Below are positions 9,586 to 15,498 of a DNA stretch of 20,000 nucleotides, piece by piece (the first letter of the stretch is position 1; every line of letters begins with the position of its first letter). The position numbers and the translations under genes are program-made. The notes beneath the pieces are model-generated. The model was given only the letters and a program-made list of their open reading frames with translations. It had not been told where the DNA came from and searched no databases. Where the stretch lies: IMG/VR virus record IMGVR_UViG_3300032050_000078, positions 57,780 to 77,779 of that record; one strand, written 5' to 3'. The DNA comes from an uncultured virus (IMG/VR IMGVR_UViG_3300032050_000078) (Duplodnaviria > Heunggongvirae > Uroviricota > Caudoviricetes).

Positions 9586-9593
9586 TATAAATA
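9586..9593 (-). promoter_or_regulatory. TATTTATA motif upstream of the homing endonuclease
   Basis: 11 nt upstream of ATG 9574. Confidence 0.5.
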
Positions 9594-9634
9594 CAGGTAA
9601 ATATATTTTTAATATCACTAACTTACTTAAATTT

Positions 9635-11014
9635 TCAATTATTTTGTTCTTTTTGTTTTCTTTTCTCCATCAACTCTTTAACACGCTGACGCTGTCTTTC
9701 TTCTTTTTGTTCCTCAACTCCTAAGAAAGTCATTGAACTTTCGGTATCAATTTCTAACATACCGTTATCAAATTTACAGTTTTCAAATACGATACCGTCA
9801 TCACCAATTCTTGATTTAGTTATGGCGATTGTTGCTAATTTCATTTCTTTTTGTTGTAATGTCTTAGCCACAGAAATAATAACATGACCTACTTGTGCCT
9901 TTTTAATAGAACCACCCATTTGATCAGTTGTTACAACTTCAGAAGAAATGGAATTTCTATTACCTTGAGTAGCAGTCCATCCTACAATGTTAAGTTCGTG
10001 ACACATCGCCTCAAAACCTCTCATTACAGAACCCTCACTTTTCCACTCATCACCTAAATTTTTGTCAGGTACAACACAATCAATATAATCTAATAAAATC
10101 ATATCAATTTTTGTCCCATCAGCAATCATTTTCCTAACTTGATTTTTAATTTGCAACATCGTCACAGTATCTGATGGCAATTTTTTCATAATTAGTTTGT
10201 TAGGCATAGTCTCTTCAATTTCCCTAACCCTAGATGTTACCTCATCTCTTTTTTCTGACAAATCGTCAGGATGTATTTTAGTCCAAAGAGTAAAATGTTT
10301 TCTTTGAATTATCTTTGGGTTGTCTTCAAAAAATATTTGAAGTACACTGTTTCCCATGTTAAATGCATGGTTCGCAATCTTAGTTAAAAGGGTTGATTTA
10401 CCAACACCAGTTGGTGCCAAAACAACACCGATTTCGCCTTTTGCTAAACCTCCTTTTAACAGTCTGTCAATACCAGGAATTCCCATTGGGATTGGATGTC
10501 TATAGTCGTCATCCAAGACTTGATCCAAGTTACTAAAAACACTTGAAGTACTTGTGTCTTTCTCTCCTACTTGAATCGCTCCTCTAAACATTTCTTCAAT
10601 GGTGTCATAGTTTTCAAATTCACCACCGTCAATGATTTTTTGAGCCTTACTCATTACTTTTACTACCTCTTGTTGTTTACAAAACTTAAGAGCCTTCTCT
10701 TGTACAAAATCCCCTCCCTCGATAGGTGCATCCTTAATTTTGGTAATCATATCCAAAACAACTTTAGATGCCATTTCTTGTTGTAGTTCTGATTTTGTAA
10801 CTTGTTCTAATGTATCAAATGATGGTGTATGATTGTATTTTTTATAATACTCTTTCACCATTTGAATGATGATTTTGAAATACTTGTTTTCAAAATAACT
10901 TGGTTCAATCACATCAATAATTGAGTGTGAAAAATCCTTGTCTAAAATAATTTGATTCAGCAATTGAATCTGAAAATTGTTACCTAAATAATCAAAGTTT
11001 TTGTGTGTCGCCAT
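9635..11014 (-). CDS. Replicative SF4 helicase (DnaB / T4 gp41-like), 459 aa
   Basis: IPMGIPGIDRLLKGGL, Walker A APTGVGKST, Walker B ILLDYID, WTATQGNR, ITKSRIG (Arg-finger region). Confidence 0.92.
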   Translation of the reverse strand: MATHKNFDYLGNNFQIQLLNQIILDKDFSHSIIDVIEPSYFENKYFKIIIQMVKEYYKKYNHTPSFDTLEQVTKSELQQEMASKVVLDMITKIKDAPIEGGDFVQEKALKFCKQQEVVKVMSKAQKIIDGGEFENYDTIEEMFRGAIQVGEKDTSTSSVFSNLDQVLDDDYRHPIPMGIPGIDRLLKGGLAKGEIGVVLAPTGVGKSTLLTKIANHAFNMGNSVLQIFFEDNPKIIQRKHFTLWTKIHPDDLSEKRDEVTSRVREIEETMPNKLIMKKLPSDTVTMLQIKNQVRKMIADGTKIDMILLDYIDCVVPDKNLGDEWKSEGSVMRGFEAMCHELNIVGWTATQGNRNSISSEVVTTDQMGGSIKKAQVGHVIISVAKTLQQKEMKLATIAITKSRIGDDGIVFENCKFDNGMLEIDTESSMTFLGVEEQKEERQRQRVKELMEKRKQKEQNN

Positions 11015-11037
11015 AGTTTTTTAATTTGTTTGTTAAG

Positions 11038-11044
11038 ATAAATA
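11038..11044 (-). promoter_or_regulatory. TATTTAT motif upstream of the helicase
   Basis: 23 nt upstream of ATG 11014, in a 33-nt gap. Confidence 0.5.
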
Positions 11045-11047
11045 GTA

Positions 11048-11497
11048 TCAAACTAAACTAAATCCAGCATACTCAATATTAAATTTTTTACCTGAAAAAA
11101 TGTCAGTTAGGTCGGATAATATCCCTTTTAGTTGTGGGCGTAGGTCCACGGTATATCTTACCTTCGGAGGGTATACTTTAGCCTCAAACACTCTATGACA
11201 AATTGTCATATCTCCAACTCTAATTATCATGTGAAAGTTCTCATCACCATCAGTATTTGATGTGTTAAGAACATCAGGATTCTCCTGAATTTCATACTGA
11301 TTGTCTAACATATAAACAATCGTTCTCATCTTTAAATCGCTTTTCAATTTGTCACACAAATCTCCAATGTATTCATATACATTAAACGAATTTCTTGACT
11401 TAGGATTAAATCCCCTAACATTAAAGAATCTCTGAACGATAATGTTTTCGTTACATTTCAATAGGAATTCCACTTTTGTAAAATCTAAATCTTTCAT
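11048..11497 (-). CDS. Hypothetical protein (~149 aa) coupled to the exonuclease gene
   Basis: The ORF track starts it at 11575, but ATG at 11497 (MKDLDFTKVEFLL...) forms an ATGA overlap with the exonuclease TGA stop (11494-11496), which is the more likely start. Confidence 0.75.
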   Translation of the reverse strand: MKDLDFTKVEFLLKCNENIIVQRFFNVRGFNPKSRNSFNVYEYIGDLCDKLKSDLKMRTIVYMLDNQYEIQENPDVLNTSNTDGDENFHMIIRVGDMTICHRVFEAKVYPPKVRYTVDLRPQLKGILSDLTDIFSGKKFNIEYAGFSLV

Positions 11498-12510
11498 AAA
11501 TTTGTTTTTTTGTTTCTGTAATTTGTTTTTTCTTTTCTTGTTAATTTTAAAAATGGTTTTAAGAAATTTACCCAAGCATCATCACCCTTTGGTAGATACC
11601 TAAAGAATCCATCTTCCATCATCATCTTTATTAAGTTTCTGTATCCTCTCCCATCAGGATCCAAAGTTTCTGAATAATATAATTCAACTAACTTTTTCCC
11701 TTCTTCATTTATTAACGGGTTGGATAAATCAACTAATATTTGATTCACGCTGAAGAACTTTTCCCCAAGTACCCCTTCTTTGGTTTTTCCACTTGATAGA
11801 TTATTCAAAACTACACTTTTATTTTGATTCTCTAACAACTTCCTACCTTTGTTTAAAATATCGGTAAATGATACTTGCGAATCAAGTATCTCAGGAAATA
11901 ATTTGACTAAAGTTTTCTCACCAAGTAAACTGATACCATCAATATTATCTGAGGTGTCACCAGCAACTATCTTAAATGTCATTATGTTATAATGTGGAAT
12001 ACTATAATCTTTGATTTTTATTTTATCCCCATTTTTATAGTATTTTTTTTGTTGTGGTGAATATATTGTCACCTTTTCGGAAATAAGTTGTGTAAGATCC
12101 TTATCTGATGAAAATATTGTTTTATCCTCATCTTCAGATATTTGACAATAATAAGCAATTAAATCATCCGCTTCAGAATTATCAACTTCTAATTGTCTAA
12201 CAAACATCTCTTCAAGATATTGTTTTACTCTCTGTTTTTGGGTATTAAATGAATATGTTTTTTCTTCAGTATAAGATGATTTTCTATTACCCTTATATTT
12301 CGGATAAAGTAATTTTCTTTGGGACGAATTTTCATCACCGTCCCAAAAAACAACTACTTTGTTAAAATTGGATTCTTCTAAGAATTTGCGCAAAGTATTA
12401 AGAAAATGCCAAGTTCCTCCAATGTGTTCTCCTTCATTAAAGAAATCTTTAACTCCGTGAAAACCTATTTTTAATAAATTGTTACCATCAACAATAAGTG
12501 TCTTGGTCAT
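11494..12510 (-). CDS. 5'-3' exonuclease / flap endonuclease (T4 RNase H, Pol I N-terminal-like), 338 aa
   Basis: LIVDGNNL, VFWDG, YKGNR, EADDLIA, SSDKDLTQL, and helix-hairpin GDTSDNIDGISLLGEKT. Confidence 0.92.
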   Translation of the reverse strand: MTKTLIVDGNNLLKIGFHGVKDFFNEGEHIGGTWHFLNTLRKFLEESNFNKVVVFWDGDENSSQRKLLYPKYKGNRKSSYTEEKTYSFNTQKQRVKQYLEEMFVRQLEVDNSEADDLIAYYCQISEDEDKTIFSSDKDLTQLISEKVTIYSPQQKKYYKNGDKIKIKDYSIPHYNIMTFKIVAGDTSDNIDGISLLGEKTLVKLFPEILDSQVSFTDILNKGRKLLENQNKSVVLNNLSSGKTKEGVLGEKFFSVNQILVDLSNPLINEEGKKLVELYYSETLDPDGRGYRNLIKMMMEDGFFRYLPKGDDAWVNFLKPFLKLTRKEKTNYRNKKTNL

Positions 12511-12538
12511 TTTAATACGATTAATTCGTTCTACAATA

Positions 12539-13528
12539 TTACTCTACTTCTTCATCATATGCAACAGACTCATCTAATGTATAGTTTGAATCCCCCATTT
12601 TTTGTACCCAATAATCCGAATATTCTTTTTTATATTTATCCAAAGAATCTTTTGTATCGGTTATATATCCATGAGGTACTGCAATTATTTTACCATCTTT
12701 ATATCCAATACCATTAACATGGTTTTTCAAAATAGAGATTTTTGTTCTAATTGCAAATGATACTTTTCTACCATTTTTAGTTGCATCAATATGACTGATA
12801 CCCGCTTTCTTTTGATTACCAAATAAGAATACTAAACTACTTGCTAACCATACTGCAGTTCCTCCTTTTGCTTGAATCTCAGGTTGTCCGAATGGATTAT
12901 CGGGAAGTAGTACCCAAGGTTGATTTAACACCACTAAAGTGTTGTAATATGGGTAATCTTCTTTTTTTGATTTAGAGATACGAGAATGGATTCCCATACC
13001 AATTTTGTCCGCTAATACTTTCGCATTGTGCATTCCACCACCTTTACCATCAAATGTCATTTGACAAGGGATTGATCCGATACTATCCCAAAGGAATAAT
13101 AAACTATAAGGGATGTCACCTTTTTCTTGTGCGTCAAGGATATCATTAATGAACTCAGTTGCTTGTTCAATCACATCAAAAGAATCGTTAAAAATGAACA
13201 TACCATCATATTCACCATCTTCAGTTTTTTCAACTTGTAATCCAAGTTCAATTGCGTGTTCCCATGACCATTTCTTTTCAGTAATAATAAGAACAGGTAA
13301 ATGTCCTTTTCTTTGAGCATCAGCAGCAGCAAGAATCATTGCCGTTGTTTTTGATGTGTTTGAGTGTCCCAAGAACATATTAATACCTCCCATTACAGGA
13401 CCTGGTAATCCACAAGCCTCCATAAACGCCTCACCACAGTTATAAAAACTTTCAGGTTTGTATTTTGTCTTTGTAGAAAATTTACTTTTGATACTATCAA
13501 ATGATACTTCTTTCTTTTTAATTGCCAT
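12539..13528 (-). CDS. RecA/UvsX-like recombinase (~329 aa)
   Basis: Variant P-loop GHSNTSKTT, ITEKKWS (catalytic Glu), Walker B LFLWDSIG, LVVLNQ, KGGTAV, ILKNHV. Start moved from 13579 (inside a terminator hairpin) to ATG 13528 (MAIKKK). Confidence 0.85.
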   Translation of the reverse strand: MAIKKKEVSFDSIKSKFSTKTKYKPESFYNCGEAFMEACGLPGPVMGGINMFLGHSNTSKTTAMILAAADAQRKGHLPVLIITEKKWSWEHAIELGLQVEKTEDGEYDGMFIFNDSFDVIEQATEFINDILDAQEKGDIPYSLLFLWDSIGSIPCQMTFDGKGGGMHNAKVLADKIGMGIHSRISKSKKEDYPYYNTLVVLNQPWVLLPDNPFGQPEIQAKGGTAVWLASSLVFLFGNQKKAGISHIDATKNGRKVSFAIRTKISILKNHVNGIGYKDGKIIAVPHGYITDTKDSLDKYKKEYSDYWVQKMGDSNYTLDESVAYDEEVE

Positions 13529-13551
13529 AATAGTTTGTTTTGTTAAAAGAT

Positions 13552-13584
13552 AAAAAAAGGTAGTGACTTTGTAAATCACTACCT
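13552..13584 (-). terminator. Intrinsic terminator between the SSB and recA-like genes
   Basis: Minus strand AGGTAGTGA-TTTACAAAG-TCACTACCT-TTTTTT: perfect 9-bp stem followed directly by a U-tract. Confidence 0.85.
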
Positions 13585-13603
13585 ACACTATAGGTTCTTT
13601 TTT

Positions 13604-14467
13604 TTAGAATGGTAACTCTTCGTCAATTTCCTCATTTTGTTGAGGATCAACAACAGGTGTTGGTTTTGATTTAGTACCTCCGATAGAAGTTTCAGCAACC
13701 TCATCATTAGCATAAACATACCCACCTTTATCAGAATCCCATCTTGGTGTTTCTCCACGAGAAATTGCTTCAAGATATTCTACAGGTTTTTTAGAGTAGA
13801 CATCCTCCCAAGTCAATTCATCACTAACCCATTCTTTCATAGTGTCCGTGTCTTCGTGAAGTGGTGCTGGATCATCATACATAACAGTTTGAATTACAGT
13901 ATAGTTAATTCCCGCATTTGTTTTTGCCTTTGTCAACTCCAAAATCAAATCTCTACCTTTATCAGCATCGGTAACATCACCTTTTGCTTTCCAAATAGGA
14001 ATGATTTTGTCAAGAATACCTTCTTGTTTGTAATTGTGTTTAAATCTCCAAAATTTAACACCGTCTTGTTCGTTGTCACGATCAATAACTTTAACGATAT
14101 AAAATTTACGAGCTTTATATTGTTTGGCAATTTCCTTATCGGAATCTTTACCTGTTGACATTAAATCATCGTGAACTTCATTTAATGGTGAACGCTCATT
14201 GTCGTTTTTACCTGGATCGTAAAGTTTAACCCATTTTCCATCTACTTTAACTTCATGAAACCAAACCTCTTTAAAAGGAGATGATCCATCGGTTGTTGGT
14301 AGAATTCGTAGTCGTTTCTGACCTTGTTTTTCACTGTCTTTAAGAATTGCAGCAAAATATTTTTTCATTCTCTCATCTTGTGTCATTTTTGAGGTAGAAG
14401 ATGAACTACCTTGTTTTGAGTTCTCGTACTGAGCCAAAACTGCATCTAAAACATTGTTTGTCGCCAT
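13604..14467 (-). CDS. Single-stranded DNA-binding protein, T4 gp32-like, 287 aa
   Basis: RLRILP...PFKEVWFH...FYIVKVIDRD...VKFWRF...DADKGRDLILE follows the gp32-like pattern; acidic tail EEIDEELPF; sits beside recA/exonuclease/helicase. Confidence 0.8.
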   Translation of the reverse strand: MATNNVLDAVLAQYENSKQGSSSSTSKMTQDERMKKYFAAILKDSEKQGQKRLRILPTTDGSSPFKEVWFHEVKVDGKWVKLYDPGKNDNERSPLNEVHDDLMSTGKDSDKEIAKQYKARKFYIVKVIDRDNEQDGVKFWRFKHNYKQEGILDKIIPIWKAKGDVTDADKGRDLILELTKAKTNAGINYTVIQTVMYDDPAPLHEDTDTMKEWVSDELTWEDVYSKKPVEYLEAISRGETPRWDSDKGGYVYANDEVAETSIGGTKSKPTPVVDPQQNEEIDEELPF

Positions 14468-14498
14468 ATATTTGTGTTATTAAAAGTTTACAATAGGA

Positions 14499-14527
14499 AG
14501 TATAAATTAAAAAAGTGTCGCAGTCAA
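14499..14527 (-). promoter_or_regulatory. Sigma70-type promoter upstream of the SSB/replication cassette
   Basis: Minus strand TTGACT (14527-14522), 17-nt spacer, TATACT (14504-14499): 5/6 match in each box, 31 nt upstream of the SSB ATG. Confidence 0.65.
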
Positions 14528-14545
14528 TATGTATTCAAAAATTTT

Positions 14546-14569
14546 GAGAGGGACACGGATGTCCCTCCC
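14546..14569 (-). terminator. GC-rich hairpin after the Pro/Ala-rich gene (terminator or stability element)
   Basis: Minus strand GAGGGACA-TCCG-TGTCCCTC: 8-bp stem (extendable by G.U and G-C) with a UNCG-type loop. It is followed by AAAATTTTT rather than an immediate U-tract. Confidence 0.55.
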
Positions 14570-14573
14570 TTAA

Positions 14574-15230
14574 TTAAGGCATCATATCATCGTCATCGTA
14601 TGTATCAAAAGTATCTTTAATTTGTTTTGGTGAAAAATCTTCAGCCTCATCAGTTGTTAGAATATATTCTTCTCTACCTTGTTTTTCAAACTGATCTTCT
14701 TTATCTTCAAAATAATCAGATAGTTTTTGATTAAAAGGACCAGAATCTAAACTTCTTAATTCAAGTTTTTCTTCAGGTGTTTTAGGTCGATATTTTTCAA
14801 TTTTTTGTTCTAATGAATTAACCGCAGACATTAAATTATCCATTTCACCCAATTTACTTTCTAAATTTTCAAGTTGTTTAAATAGATTGTCAAAATATTC
14901 ATCTTGTTTTGTTTCAATATTTTTTTGACTATTTACTAAGTCAGTGATTTCAAGTTCTTCTTTATCCTCTTCATCTTTACCAACTTCTTCAACATCAGGG
15001 TCTTGCGCCACATCAATTGGTTGTGGTGTCTCAGCTTCAGGTGCGGGTGGTGGAGGTAAAGCTCCGGGAGCAGGTGTCTCAGCTCCAGGTGCAGGTGGTA
15101 ATCCAGCATCAGGTGCCGGTAGTGGAGCCGCCGCAGGGTCTGGTTCAACAGGAGCGTCTTGTTCCATTATATAATTATTAATTGACTTATATCTGTTAAT
15201 TTCTTCTAATATTTTTTTATCTATTTTCAT
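14574..15230 (-). CDS. Hypothetical acidic protein with a Pro/Ala-rich linker and coiled coil (~218 aa), possibly virion-internal
   Basis: MKIDKKILEEINRYKSINNYIMEQ, then a PAP-rich tract and heptads (LFKQLENLESKLGEMDNLMSAVNSLEQKIEK). ATG 15230 lies 1 nt after the upstream TAA; the alternative start is 15239. Confidence 0.8.
   Translation of the reverse strand: MKIDKKILEEINRYKSINNYIMEQDAPVEPDPAAAPLPAPDAGLPPAPGAETPAPGALPPPPAPEAETPQPIDVAQDPDVEEVGKDEEDKEELEITDLVNSQKNIETKQDEYFDNLFKQLENLESKLGEMDNLMSAVNSLEQKIEKYRPKTPEEKLELRSLDSGPFNQKLSDYFEDKEDQFEKQGREEYILTTDEAEDFSPKQIKDTFDTYDDDDMMP
15025..15099. repeat. Imperfect 27-nt direct repeat (48-nt period) encoding PPAP(G/E)AETP
   Basis: ggtgtctcagcttcaggtgcgggtggt (15025-15051) vs ggtgtctcagctccaggtgcaggtggt (15073-15099), two mismatches. 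Confidence 0.8.
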
Positions 15231-15231
15231 A

Positions 15232-15459
15232 TTAACCATTTAATAATTGTTTTATACCTGTTTTGGTTTCCACTTGGATTTTTTTATTAGTGTTCATTGT
15301 ATTATCAACTCTTTCTATTAGTCCGTCTTTCATTCTGATAGTATAACAGTCTCCAGTATCCAAATCACAAACTTCTTTATACCCATTTCCTTTATCTTTC
15401 TCCGTAACTCTTGTGTTTTTACCCAAGTAGTTATCCAAAATTAATTTAGTATTACTCAT
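15232..15459 (-). CDS. Small hypothetical protein, 75 aa
   Basis: Fills the gap on the coding strand, has an upstream TATTTATA motif, abuts the next gene, and contains CDLDTGDC. Confidence 0.75.
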   Translation of the reverse strand: MSNTKLILDNYLGKNTRVTEKDKGNGYKEVCDLDTGDCYTIRMKDGLIERVDNTMNTNKKIQVETKTGIKQLLNG

Positions 15460-15472
15460 ATCTATTTTTATT

Positions 15473-15480
15473 TATAAATA
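15473..15480 (-). promoter_or_regulatory. TATTTATA motif upstream of the 75-aa gene
   Basis: 13 nt upstream of ATG 15459, in a 39-nt gap. Confidence 0.5.
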
Positions 15481-15498
15481 TCATAACATTATGAAAAA

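Noticed and set aside
5442..11014. Intron or intein in nrdA, nrdB or the helicase
   Set aside because: The ORFs are continuous and normal in length with no C/S...HN-C/S/T intein signature, and the gaps around the endonuclease (6 and 60 nt) cannot hold a group I core.
11498..11575. Extended start for the hypothetical gene
   Set aside because: It would overlap the exonuclease by about 80 nt; the ATGA-coupled start at 11497 is more plausible.
13529..13579. Extended start for the recA-like gene
   Set aside because: The start codon falls inside the terminator hairpin; ATG 13528 has a typical A-rich leader.
14568..14579. Perfect 12-bp palindrome CCTTAATTAAGG across a stop codon
   Set aside because: Single occurrence with an AT-rich core; compatible with chance.
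13588..15148. Alternative-frame minus-strand ORFs 13588-13773, 13945-14130 and 14936-15148
   Set aside because: They overlap the SSB or Pro-rich gene out of frame; their composition is explained by the main frame's codon bias.
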